Positions 39,518 to 49,059 of a stretch of 64,000 nt of DNA are shown piece after piece. Both the position numbers and the translations under genes were made by a program. Source of the DNA: Chloroflexota bacterium. Its GTDB lineage: Bacteria; Chloroflexota; UBA11872; VXOZ01. The stretch spans positions 811,879 through 875,878 of the forward strand of contig OZ253463.1 in NCBI GenBank assembly GCA_965261635.1, read 5' to 3'. Numbering within the stretch: the stretch's first letter is position 1; every line of letters starts with the position of its first letter. The notes beneath the pieces are model-generated. The model searched no databases. It was not told the DNA's origin and saw only the letters and a program-made list of their open reading frames with translations.

Positions 39518-40840
39518 CTAGGATCGCGTCTGCTCAAGGCCCTTCATCAGTTCCCGCAACAATTGGTTGAATTGCCTCTTGAGCACGTTCAATTCTCGTC
39601 CTTCATGTTCCCAGCGAACGCTTGGGGAGCCAATCGAGAAAACCCACCGACTCTGATGGGCGTGGACTTCACCCTTAACCACCAAGAGACTGTGTACATC
39701 CTGTTTTCCCTGGAACGTCGTCAAGTAGGATGTGAACTTAACAGAGAGGGAGAGCAATTGGTTTGGTGCGTTCAGTTGATCAAGGATGGGTTCTAGGTTG
39801 GCTGAGTCTTCGCAAAGACGAAGTACTTTGCCTTCCGCAGTAGTTGCGAAGACACTAGCGTGTGTCCTCACTGTTCCGAACACATCTGAGAGCTGACGTG
39901 TCTTATCCACGCAGTAGTTGTAGAAGGGATACAAAACAGCTTCGACATACTCCTTCGCAGAGAATGCGTGATCCGTCGCACTTGTAAGCGATTGCTTGAA
40001 GAGTGCGATCTCTTTGTCGATGTCATCGATGTCGTCGGTCAGTTCGCCACGGGCGGCCTTTAGATGAAGTTTGAGGGCATACTCACAGCACTGCGCAATG
40101 TAGTCTATAAACGCTGTTAGGTCCTCGGTTTTGTCAGCCTGTTCGAGTTTATCGAGGTACTCGTCTCGGTTGTCCTGTCGAATCATCGCCACCGTGTAGC
40201 CGTGCTTGATGAGGATCATATTCATCAAGAGCCGGGCCATGCGGCCGTTGCCATCGTCGAAGGGATGGATACGTACGAAGCGATAGTGGAAGGTGGCGGC
40301 CATGACAATAGGGTGTTCGCCCCCACGCTCTCTGGCTCGGTACCAGTCGATGAGGTCGCTCATCGCTTGCTTCACTTGATCTGGAGGAGTGAAGAAATAG
40401 ATTTCGCCAGTCGACGTTTCTACATTGTTAGGCTTGGTCTTGTAGTCACCGATTGAAATTGTTCGCCGTACCAATTGCCCGTCCGGGGTCTTTGCCTCGG
40501 TCTCATAGGGATCTTTCAACAACACGCGGTGGAGATTCCGGATGAAGACCTCGTTGAGTTCTTGGTTATCCTTGACCGCAGCCTCAATAGCCTGTAGGGC
40601 ACTGTCGTGCCCTTCGATGTCCAGGTGGTCGCGCATCGGCTTGCCATGAGCAGTAAGTCCGTGAAGAATGAGGCTGCGGGTCTCTCCGAGGGTGAGGGTG
40701 TTGCCTTCAATGGCATTGGAGTTGTAGTTCGCCTCGAGCCGCAGCTTCTGCTCAACCTGAGCAAGGACAGTTGGCGGCAGCGGACGCAGACTGTCCAGCT
40801 CTTCCTTCAGCCTCGTGATGGTCTCAAGTACATTGACCAT
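39518..40840 (-). CDS. Fic/Doc (Fido) family protein (putative AMPylator/toxin)
   Basis: Canonical Fic motif HPFDDGNGRMARLL. Confidence 0.85.
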   Translation of the reverse strand: MVNVLETITRLKEELDSLRPLPPTVLAQVEQKLRLEANYNSNAIEGNTLTLGETRSLILHGLTAHGKPMRDHLDIEGHDSALQAIEAAVKDNQELNEVFIRNLHRVLLKDPYETEAKTPDGQLVRRTISIGDYKTKPNNVETSTGEIYFFTPPDQVKQAMSDLIDWYRARERGGEHPIVMAATFHYRFVRIHPFDDGNGRMARLLMNMILIKHGYTVAMIRQDNRDEYLDKLEQADKTEDLTAFIDYIAQCCEYALKLHLKAARGELTDDIDDIDKEIALFKQSLTSATDHAFSAKEYVEAVLYPFYNYCVDKTRQLSDVFGTVRTHASVFATTAEGKVLRLCEDSANLEPILDQLNAPNQLLSLSVKFTSYLTTFQGKQDVHSLLVVKGEVHAHQSRWVFSIGSPSVRWEHEGRELNVLKRQFNQLLRELMKGLEQTRS

Positions 40841-41138
40841 TTGACGTCTTAGTTCCTCAATCCAAGGATCGCGCCTACAACGCTTGATTACGGGCTAATG
40901 AGAACCGTTGCGTCAACGGATGTAAAAAGGAACTCATTGCCTCCCAAGCCCAGAGTTTCCATATCATTATAAGGCTTGATGAACAGGGTTCGCCCATTGA
41001 GACAACGTACAGCGGCTGCCAGGGGCGGGGAGAGTTTGGGTTAAGCCCTGTTGTTTGCCGCCGAATCAAGGAGCCAATTGAAGCCGTATTAACCCCAAGG
41101 TTAAGTGACTAAGTACCACAAACTCTGTTTTTATCCTT

Positions 41139-41186
41139 GCGCGTGCCAAAAGACAGCGGGCGCAGGTTGCAAACCTGCGCTACCGG
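41139..41186. repeat. Approximately 48-bp direct repeat copy 1, containing a perfect 9-bp-stem palindrome (41160-41180)
   Basis: ccaaaagacagcgggcgcaggttgcaaacctgcgctaccgg recurs at 41305-41352. The palindrome is gcgcaggtt-gca-aacctgcgc. On the minus strand the hairpin is followed by tcttttgg, which is terminator-like for the convergent ABC-2 operon. Confidence 0.7.
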
Positions 41187-41304
41187 AGACAAGACACATG
41201 AATCGGCTAACTCTCAGGTGATGACCGGTCGCGGAGGCCTAACGGCCCTTGGCGACAGTAGTGGGCCGGCGTCAAGAGTCTTGGATCGACATTGCTTCCG
41301 GCAT

Positions 41305-41352
41305 GCGCGGGCCAAAAGACAGCGGGCGCAGGTTGCAAACCTGCGCTACCGG
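41305..41352. repeat. Approximately 48-bp direct repeat copy 2 with the same palindrome (41326-41346)
   Basis: Identical core to copy 1, 166 bp apart, immediately downstream of the ABC-2 permease stop (41406, minus strand). Confidence 0.7.
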
Positions 41353-41405
41353 TGCGGAACCGGCTGGACCCGCTGTCTTCACGGCGATGATGTTTTGCGG
41401 GTTGC

Positions 41406-42455
41406 TTAACTGCCCTTTGCGCCTGTGATGTCGCGGCGTTGGAACAGTGTAAACGTCAACGCACCGAAAACGAGCGTGTAGGCCGCAAGGACGAGAACGG
41501 CGTGGAGGATGTCCGGCTGGGCCGCGTCGCTGCTGCCGTTGATCGAAATGGAGACCTCACCGTAGCTGGCTTGGAGCACGGTCGTAATATTGGGGCTCAG
41601 CAAGTATTCGGAGATGCGCTGGAACCAGTCGAAGTTGCTGAGGATAGGCGAGGCCGTGGTCTCGATCAAGTAGTAGACCACGAAGGCGGTGATGCCTAGG
41701 GCCGTAGACGAGGTCAACGCCGTGGCGAGCAGCGCCAGCATCACATAGGGGAGAAAGCTGTAGAGCAGCGTGCCCATCTTGATTGGGACGTCAAGCCATT
41801 CTGCCGAGCCCTGCAGAGAGTCACCTTCCAGGCCGAACAACCCTATGGAGAGGCTGCTTAGCGCGACCGTAGCTGCGGCAACGACCAAGCCGGCAAGCGC
41901 TGTCACCATAAGCGCCAAAACCTTTGCCAGCATGAACTGCCACCGACCCGTGCCCTTGGTCAGTACGGTCCGCAGCGTTCCCCAGCCGTACTCGCCCCCC
42001 AGCGCCGCCGCGGCCAGGATGCTGACGAGAATGAACATGATTCCCTGAAGCAGCGTGAAGCCCAAGAGGATGCTATTAGGAAAAAGGACTGCGTGACGGG
42101 TAAAGTCGCGTACTTCCTCATAGCCTTCGCAACTTTCGCGAAACTGCTCGACACTCGCGAGCGCATCCTCTCGATGCTCTTCAGCAAGTTCCTCGACCTC
42201 CGGCGGGATGCGGTCTCCTCGCACGTCCTTGCACTTCCATTCCGCTTCGAAGACTGCTTCCTTGTTTTCGCCTTCGGTATCGCTCAATTGGATGCCATGT
42301 GTAGGTGAGAAAGGTTCGCTGCGATGCACCACGTAGGCGCCCCATACTGCCGCCTGCATTAGGATTACGACAATTGCCAAGAGTACCCACGGCAGTATAC
42401 GGCGGCGGAGCTTGTGCCATTCCCAAACGGAGAGACGGAAGATGTGGGCGATCAT
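41406..42455 (-). CDS. ABC-2 type exporter permease
   Basis: 349 aa with an N-terminal TM, a large extracytoplasmic loop and C-terminal TM helices. Overlaps the ATPase gene by 4 nt. Confidence 0.7.
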   Translation of the reverse strand: MIAHIFRLSVWEWHKLRRRILPWVLLAIVVILMQAAVWGAYVVHRSEPFSPTHGIQLSDTEGENKEAVFEAEWKCKDVRGDRIPPEVEELAEEHREDALASVEQFRESCEGYEEVRDFTRHAVLFPNSILLGFTLLQGIMFILVSILAAAALGGEYGWGTLRTVLTKGTGRWQFMLAKVLALMVTALAGLVVAAATVALSSLSIGLFGLEGDSLQGSAEWLDVPIKMGTLLYSFLPYVMLALLATALTSSTALGITAFVVYYLIETTASPILSNFDWFQRISEYLLSPNITTVLQASYGEVSISINGSSDAAQPDILHAVLVLAAYTLVFGALTFTLFQRRDITGAKGS

Positions 42456-43375
42456 CGCGCTTCTCCCTCCTCTGCGGTAATCTCAAGGAAGTAGCTCTCC
42501 AGGGATTCCTTACCGGAGGTCATTTCTGTGACATAGATTTCGGCTTTACTGAGGGCGGCGCTCAGCTCCGATGCGCGCTCAGGCGGCGCGGTGACAACCA
42601 CAAACCCATCTTCAATTCTTGCATCCTCGACCCAATCCAATGCCGTGAGGACTTTGAGCGCCTGGTCGTTGTCGGTGGTGCGTAGGCGGATCTGCCCGCG
42701 CCCTTTGAGTAGATCGGCGACCGAGCCCTGCGCGATGAGCTTGCCTTTGGAGAGAATCACCACGCTATCGCACACTTGTTCGACCTCATTGAGCAGGTGG
42801 CTGGATAGGAAGACCGTGCGGTCTTCCGTGCCGAGGCTGCGGATCAATTCGCGAATCTCGGCCATGCCGGCCGGGTCCATGCCGTTGGTGGGTTCGTCCA
42901 GAAAGAGCAATTCAGGATCGCCCAGTAGCGCATAGGCCAGTCCCAGGCGCTGCTTCATGCCGAGGGAGTAGGTGTGAAAGCGATCGTTACCCCGCTCAGC
43001 CAAACCCACCCGTTCGAGCAGGTCGTCGAGTTCCTGCGGGGTACCTCGTCCCAATATGCCTTGGAAGTAGGCGAGGTTTTGGCGTCCGGAGAGGTACGGA
43101 TAGAATGTCGGAGTTTCAACGATAGCGCCCACACGGCGCAGGGCTGCTTGATGGTTGGCATGGGAATCGAATAAGCGAAAGCTGCCGGCAGTCGGCCGCG
43201 TGAGACCCAGCAGCATACCCATGGTCGTGGTCTTGCCGGAGCCGTTGGGGCCCAGCAGACCGAAAACATGGCCACGCGGCACCGTCAGCGAAAGATTGTC
43301 CACGGCAACGATCTTGCCGAACCTCTTGGTCAGCCCTTCCGTTTGGATTACCGGACTAGCGTCCATCATGCGCAC
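42452..43375 (-). CDS. ABC transporter ATP-binding protein (partner of the ABC-2 permease)
   Basis: GPNGSGKTT, signature LSGMKQRLGLA, Walker B LLFLDEP. Confidence 0.85.
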   Translation of the reverse strand: MRMMDASPVIQTEGLTKRFGKIVAVDNLSLTVPRGHVFGLLGPNGSGKTTTMGMLLGLTRPTAGSFRLFDSHANHQAALRRVGAIVETPTFYPYLSGRQNLAYFQGILGRGTPQELDDLLERVGLAERGNDRFHTYSLGMKQRLGLAYALLGDPELLFLDEPTNGMDPAGMAEIRELIRSLGTEDRTVFLSSHLLNEVEQVCDSVVILSKGKLIAQGSVADLLKGRGQIRLRTTDNDQALKVLTALDWVEDARIEDGFVVVTAPPERASELSAALSKAEIYVTEMTSGKESLESYFLEITAEEGEAR

Positions 43376-43821
43376 CCTCCCCCAGTCCTAACGTGGAAGT
43401 GATTGCGCGCTTGGCGGCGTATACAACCTGAACGCCCGGATACCTTCACGTTTGCCTCCTAACCTCTTGTTTAGAATTACGACCCTCTCGACCAGTATAG
43501 AGCATGTTTTCAAAAGATGTAACTCAAATATTAGTAATATACGGTTATTTTCGGCAATAAATGGCTATTAATGTATTTCAGTATTTTATAAGCTTGAACA
43601 TAAGACTTAAGTCGCGCGCACTTAAATGGTAACGCAAGCCGGGGAAGAGTGCACGTGAGCGCCCTTGGCTCACTAACGTCATGCGTCCGAGCACAGGCGC
43701 GGATACGAGAGGCGGGTAGTGGGGGACCCAGTAGCCGCTTGCATTGCGCCATACGAGGGGGCTTTTGGCTACGCAGCGGTGCCCAGACGCCTATCCAAGA
43801 ACACGTCGGCGCGAATGTCCG

Positions 43822-45393
43822 CTACCCCCGTTTTAGTGCCCGGCCGGGACGCGCGCCGGTGGGGGCGCCGTCTGCGATGACGGGCGTGCCGTTCACGAGC
43901 ACGTGCTCGATGCCCACGGGAAACTGGCGTGGGTCATCGAAGGTAGAACGGTCGATGACGGTAGCCGGATCGAAGACCACGATATCGGCGGCCATGCCGT
44001 TGCGGATGATGCCGCGGTCGTGCAAGCCGAAGCGCTGCGCCGGAAAGCCGGTGAAACGCCGAATCGCGTCTTCGAGTGTAAACAGACCAAGCTCGCGGGT
44101 GTAGTGGCCGAGATAGCGCGGGTAGGTGCCGTAGGCGCGCGGGTGGGGTGAGCTTCCCATCATGATGGCATCGGTGGAGCCCATGTGCGCCGGGTGTTTG
44201 ATCACCGCCTGCACGTCAGCCTCATTGCCAAAGTGGAACGTGAAGCCGATATCCAGCGCGGTCTCATCGAGGAGTCTGAGCAGGAGCACGTCAGGCGCTT
44301 CGCCGCACTCGTCGGCGACGTCCGCCAAGCGGCGGCCCTCCCACTGCCTGTACTGCTCCAGGCCGATATGGGTGATCTGCATGCGGGCGTAGAAATCTCG
44401 TTCCCGGCCCTGGATTTCGTCGAGGACTTGCGCCATTACGTTGGGTGAGCGCACGCGCGCCAGCATGGCTTTTGGCCCATCAGCGCCCATCCAGAGCGGC
44501 AGCACGAACATGCCGGTGGTGGAACCGGCCGGATAGCAATACGCGTCGTAGGTCACGTCCAATCCTTCGGCGCGGGCCGAGTCCACCAGCGCCAGCCGTT
44601 GGCTACTGAGTCCCCAGGTGTGGATGCCGGAAATCAGATAGTGGGCGATGTGTACCGGAATATCGGCCTGGCGTGCCACGTCCAGCGTCTCGTGCACCGG
44701 ATCGAGAAACTGGTCCCCGAGATGGTAACGCATGTGGGTGTTGTAGACCCCACCGTATGCCGCTACGGCTTTGCTGATGGCGACAAGTTCCTCCAACGTG
44801 CTAAAGACGTGCGGGTGGTACGAGAGGCCTGTAGCAAAACCCACGCAACCCTGTTCCATCGCTTCCGCAGCCAGACGCGCCATCTGCCTGAGGTCATCCT
44901 CCGTGGCGGCGCGATTTTCCCAGCCGATGACCGCAAGCCGCAGCGCGTTGTGAGGAACCTGGTAGGCGACGTTTACGGCTACCTTCCGGTCGAAGCGGTC
45001 CATGTATTCGGGAATGGTCTCCCAAGGCTCCACGTCCCGCGGCAGACCGCCGTTGATGGCGCGGTAAAGTTGCGTGGTCTCGCGCAAGTGTTTTGGCGAC
45101 ATCGGCGCGTAGCCAAGACCGTCGGAGCCGAGGATCTCGGTGGTGATGCCCTGCGCGACCTTGGGAGTATGGTCCGGTTCGCGCAGCAGGATCAGGTCCG
45201 AGTGATTGTGGACGTCAATAAAGCCGGGACAGACGATCTTGTCTTGGGCGTCGATAACGGTCTCCGCTTGGCTGGAGGCCAACCGGCCCACCGCGGTAAT
45301 GCGGCCTTGAGTAATCCCCACATCGGCCCGAAACCACGGGTTGCCCAAACCGTCTATGACACGGCCGTTGCGAATGATTAGGTCGAAGGTCAT
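43822..45393 (-). CDS. N-acyl-D-amino-acid deacylase (D-aminoacylase) family amidohydrolase
   Basis: N-terminus DLIIRNGRVIDGLGNPWFRADVGI...GFIDVHNHSD is typical of D-aminoacylases. 523 aa. Confidence 0.75.
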   Translation of the reverse strand: MTFDLIIRNGRVIDGLGNPWFRADVGITQGRITAVGRLASSQAETVIDAQDKIVCPGFIDVHNHSDLILLREPDHTPKVAQGITTEILGSDGLGYAPMSPKHLRETTQLYRAINGGLPRDVEPWETIPEYMDRFDRKVAVNVAYQVPHNALRLAVIGWENRAATEDDLRQMARLAAEAMEQGCVGFATGLSYHPHVFSTLEELVAISKAVAAYGGVYNTHMRYHLGDQFLDPVHETLDVARQADIPVHIAHYLISGIHTWGLSSQRLALVDSARAEGLDVTYDAYCYPAGSTTGMFVLPLWMGADGPKAMLARVRSPNVMAQVLDEIQGRERDFYARMQITHIGLEQYRQWEGRRLADVADECGEAPDVLLLRLLDETALDIGFTFHFGNEADVQAVIKHPAHMGSTDAIMMGSSPHPRAYGTYPRYLGHYTRELGLFTLEDAIRRFTGFPAQRFGLHDRGIIRNGMAADIVVFDPATVIDRSTFDDPRQFPVGIEHVLVNGTPVIADGAPTGARPGRALKRG

Positions 45394-45474
45394 GTTCTAC
45401 TAGTGCCCTGCGATTGAAGAATGTGACACTGCTGCCTGGTGAGACTCAGGCGGCCCAAATGAAAGATGACCGGA

Positions 45475-45822
45475 CTATGCACGTGAGAGTGATTTCCCCG
45501 CCTCCGGCTCTGCCTCGTGCAGGCTCTCCAAGAAAACCGCATCCCGCATCACCAAGTCGCGGGAGAAGGGCTTCAGCCCACTCACCGTTATCACGTCTAC
45601 CTTGCGCTGGAAGTGGTCATTCAGAAAGTCTTGGAGCCCAAAGAGATTGGCGGCGGTAATCTGTCCACGTGGAAAATCGGCGAGGATGTCAATATCGCTA
45701 TCTTCGCGGGCGTCATTTCGGGAAACCGAACCAAACACTCCAATGCGCCGCACGCCGAATGTGCGCAGCTTCGCACGGACCTTGAAGAGTTCCATCAGCA
45801 CGAATTCTCGCGTAGGGATCAT
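45475..45822 (-). CDS. mntA: MntA-like nucleotidyltransferase antitoxin
   Basis: GSVSRNDAREDSDIDIL motif. Its start overlaps the hepT stop (ATGA arrangement). Confidence 0.75.
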   Translation of the reverse strand: MIPTREFVLMELFKVRAKLRTFGVRRIGVFGSVSRNDAREDSDIDILADFPRGQITAANLFGLQDFLNDHFQRKVDVITVSGLKPFSRDLVMRDAVFLESLHEAEPEAGKSLSRA

Positions 45823-46170
45823 GATACGGTTCCCAGGATGTGCTCCAATTGTTTGAGAAGAAGCGGCGCGTCTTCCACTGCTGTTTTCCAAACGACCTCG
45901 TTGTCTGTAGTCATGTACCCGTGGATCAGGTGGTTGCGCATGCCGGCAATCTGCTGCCAAGGGACATCCGGGTGCTGCGCCTTTAGTTCGTTTGAGACAT
46001 GGTGGGCCGCCCTCGCCAACGATCTCCATGAACCGCTCCGTAGCGGCGCGTAATACAAAGTTCTCCGCAGCAGTGTACTGCGTCAGGGAAATCCCTGAGA
46101 CCAGGGCCGTCGCTTTCTTCGAGGCGTCGAGCATGTGGTGCAAACGCACCCGATCCTCGTCGGTCATCAT
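45819..46170 (-). pseudogene. hepT: HepT (DUF86/HEPN) toxin, frameshifted by +1 in a short G/C run (46010-46012)
   Basis: N-terminal DRVRLHHMLDASKKA...RFMEIVGE is in one frame. The C-terminal part ELKAQHPDVPWQQIAGMRNHLIHGY (Rx4HxY HEPN motif) is in another. Deleting one G from gagGgcggcc fuses them. Confidence 0.7.
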
Positions 46171-46270
46171 CCAGACTCCGTTCTACATAATCAATACCGG
46201 AGACTTGTGCAAGTCCCTTATAACTAGCATACCATCAGGTACTGCAATGCAGTGCTAGCAGGCCGCACCA

Positions 46271-47248
46271 CTATGGGAGATAGCGCTTCGGAAACTTGGC
46301 GACGACGGTATAGTTCGGATCGACCACGTTGCCAACGCGGGTGCGTCCCACCTGGGAGACTACCTGGAATGCTTCCCAGAGATCGAAGCCGTAGTCGCTG
46401 GCGAGCCAGCGGATAAGTTCGACGTGGGCGATGCGGTAGGCATCCATGAGGGGACGGGCGTTGGCCGCGACCATGATCCACTCGTCGTCTTCAAAGCGCG
46501 GCCAATTGATTGGCTCGCCACCCTTGCAAACTTCGACCTCCACTTCCACTTCCGCCGTCGTTTCCAGCGCCACGCCACAGAGCTCGCCGTCGCCCTGGGC
46601 AGCGTGCACGTCGGCGAATTGCAGATAGGCGCCCTTTACGAAGACAGGCAGGTAGACCGTCGTACCGGGCTGCGTCTCGACGCAGTCCATATTGCCGCCG
46701 TGGTTGGCGGATGAGAGTGTGCTGATGTGCTCGCCGAAGCGCGGAGCCACGCCGATGCAGCCGAGGAAAGGTTGACAAGGAATGGTGATGCTGCCGAGTT
46801 TGCTTTCGGGCAATTCTAGCGTTGCCGTGTGACTTGCGTGGTCGAGTTCCCAGTGATAGTACTTCTGCGGCAGCGGTTCATTGAGACCGGTCGGCCCGCC
46901 GGGGTAGTCCTCCACGCCCAAGTTGCCAAAACCGGGATTGAAGCGCGAGAAGGCCCAACTGCGGTTCAGGTCTACGCGCCGGATGTGGACGCACAAGATG
47001 TCGCCCACTTCGGCCTCTTCCACGTAGTAGGGGCCGACCTGCGGGTTGGATTGGCGAAACTCGGTATCGGCACGGGCCTGACGCAATTCCTGCGGCAACT
47101 GCTCGCCGTTGCTGTCCCAATGACCGGCGTCAACTGTCTGCACGATCACCCGATCGCCCGAATGTATACGCAGCGCCGGTTCGTGCGGGGCGAACGTATA
47201 GTAATAGATGCTCGGTTCGTGTCGGTGTACGGTAGCCATGCAACGCAC
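46271..47248 (-). CDS. Acetamidase/formamidase (FmdA_AmdA) family protein, paralog B
   Basis: The same family as 26936-27904 (…SANHGGNMDCVETQPGTTVYLPVFVKGAYLQFADVHAAQGDGE). Confidence 0.75.
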   Translation of the reverse strand: MRCMATVHRHEPSIYYYTFAPHEPALRIHSGDRVIVQTVDAGHWDSNGEQLPQELRQARADTEFRQSNPQVGPYYVEEAEVGDILCVHIRRVDLNRSWAFSRFNPGFGNLGVEDYPGGPTGLNEPLPQKYYHWELDHASHTATLELPESKLGSITIPCQPFLGCIGVAPRFGEHISTLSSANHGGNMDCVETQPGTTVYLPVFVKGAYLQFADVHAAQGDGELCGVALETTAEVEVEVEVCKGGEPINWPRFEDDEWIMVAANARPLMDAYRIAHVELIRWLASDYGFDLWEAFQVVSQVGRTRVGNVVDPNYTVVAKFPKRYLP

Positions 47249-47267
47249 CTTTCTCTGAAAATACGGG

Positions 47268-49001
47268 TCAGCCGCCCATGTGACGATACTCGTCTACGTC
47301 GATCTCAACCGCTACGAGCGCCGGTTGGTTTAGCGCCAAGGCTTCCTGGAGCTTAGGCGCGCATTCGTCTTTACGCTGAATGTGTACGGCTGGCAGGTCG
47401 AATGCGGCTGCGAGCTTCAGGTAGTCAGTGTGCCCGAAGTCGTTCTCCCGTCCTTCATATCTGCGCTCCTCCGATTTCATGCGGATTAGGGCCAGTGTGG
47501 AATCAACCAAGACAATTATCAGGAATGGCGCATCGCTCTGCGGCGCAAGACGCTTGACGGTTTCCAATTCACCGGCGTACATCAGCAGGCCGCCATCACC
47601 GGTGACGCAGACCACTGGGCGATCCGGATAGCAGAGCTTGGCAGCGAGGGCCGCCGGCACGCCGAAGCCCATGGTCGAAAGGCCGTTGGAGACCAGAAAC
47701 GTTTGCGGTTGTGTGCTCTGCCACCATTGGCATGAGAGCAGCTTGTGCGACCCCACGTCGCAAGTAAAAACGGTTTCCGGCGATGTTAGTTCACGGAGCG
47801 CGGAAAGCAGAAGTTGAGGGGCAACGGTTGACTTCGTCAAAGACGCGGTGTCGCTGCCCGTGTGCTTCGGTGCGAGCCAGTGCCGAATCTTCTGGCGGCA
47901 GGCCGCTGCCGCGCGTGGCCCCCACTCTCCTTGGTGGGAGAGTTCCGGGGTGAGCATACGCACCGTTGCATCTAGGTTGCCAACCAGCACGTAGTCTGCG
48001 CTGAAAGCGGAATCGACTTCGGTGTGCGCATGGACCGCAATCGTGGTCGCTTCCGTCTGCCAGGGATGGATGAAATCGGAGCCGTCAAGTCCGACCGCCA
48101 GGATGCAGTCAGCCTGATTGAGAAACTCATCAACGATTGTGTAGCCGTACACACTGTGGATACCGGCAAAGAGCGGGTGGTCTTCGGGAAAGACCCCCTT
48201 ACTCATGGGCATATTGATCACCGGCGCGCCCCACTGTTCCGCCAGTGCGACAATAGACTCTTGTTCTAGTTGGTGGTTGGTCTCCAGGCCCAATACGATC
48301 ACCGGCGTATCGCAGGTTGTCAAGCGCGCGAGCGCCGTGCGCGGCAGGGGCGCCGCGTTCAGTATGCCGATGGGACGGGCCGGGATATGTAACGGCGTGT
48401 CGTCCATCGTCCGGCGCGCCACGGCTGCAGGCAGCGCGAGGTGCACCGGGCCGGGACGTCCCTGGGCCGCTACCGCCCAGGCGTAAGCAAGCGCGTCTGC
48501 CACGTTGGCAGGTGTCAGGCGTACGTTCCACTTGGTGATGGGACGCAAGAGCTCCAGCAGAGGAACATTTTGGTGGGTAGCAAATTCGACAGTGGGGTCT
48601 TCGAAGTCGGCGGTGATTACAATGACCGGGACCCGTGCGAGATACGCATCGGAAACGGCATTGATCATGTTCGTGGCGCCGGGACCCAAGGTCGTCAGGA
48701 AGACCGCCGGAGCGCCGGTAAGGAGGGCTGTATTCTGCGCTAAGAACGCGGCGGTGTTCTCGTGATGGACGAGTTGGAAATCAATCTCCTCCGCGTAACA
48801 GGCATTGATGAGATCCACGTTCTCGCCGCCGGTTATGCCCCAAAAGCGTTGAGTGCCCTGCTGGCGGAGGAATCTGGCAATAAACGCGGCGACAGTTTGG
48901 CTGGGAGGCTGTGGAGTCGCAGTCATGAGAGCAGGCAAGATGATGTATAAATAGTGAAGGAGACCTGCATTTAGCTTGCGCGTCGCCATGTACATTGTCA
49001 A
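47268..49001 (-). CDS. Thiamine pyrophosphate-dependent enzyme (acetolactate synthase large subunit-like)
   Basis: TPP N-terminal domain (GITGGENVDLINA), central domain, and a C-terminal TPP-binding GDGG motif (VTGDGGLLM). Start may be the internal MTATPQ (about 48925). Confidence 0.75.
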   Translation of the reverse strand: MTMYMATRKLNAGLLHYLYIILPALMTATPQPPSQTVAAFIARFLRQQGTQRFWGITGGENVDLINACYAEEIDFQLVHHENTAAFLAQNTALLTGAPAVFLTTLGPGATNMINAVSDAYLARVPVIVITADFEDPTVEFATHQNVPLLELLRPITKWNVRLTPANVADALAYAWAVAAQGRPGPVHLALPAAVARRTMDDTPLHIPARPIGILNAAPLPRTALARLTTCDTPVIVLGLETNHQLEQESIVALAEQWGAPVINMPMSKGVFPEDHPLFAGIHSVYGYTIVDEFLNQADCILAVGLDGSDFIHPWQTEATTIAVHAHTEVDSAFSADYVLVGNLDATVRMLTPELSHQGEWGPRAAAACRQKIRHWLAPKHTGSDTASLTKSTVAPQLLLSALRELTSPETVFTCDVGSHKLLSCQWWQSTQPQTFLVSNGLSTMGFGVPAALAAKLCYPDRPVVCVTGDGGLLMYAGELETVKRLAPQSDAPFLIIVLVDSTLALIRMKSEERRYEGRENDFGHTDYLKLAAAFDLPAVHIQRKDECAPKLQEALALNQPALVAVEIDVDEYRHMGG

Positions 49002-49059
49002 CTTGAGGCAAGCTGCGGGAGGCGGTAGTATAGCTCTACAGCGTTTAATGAACTAAGGA

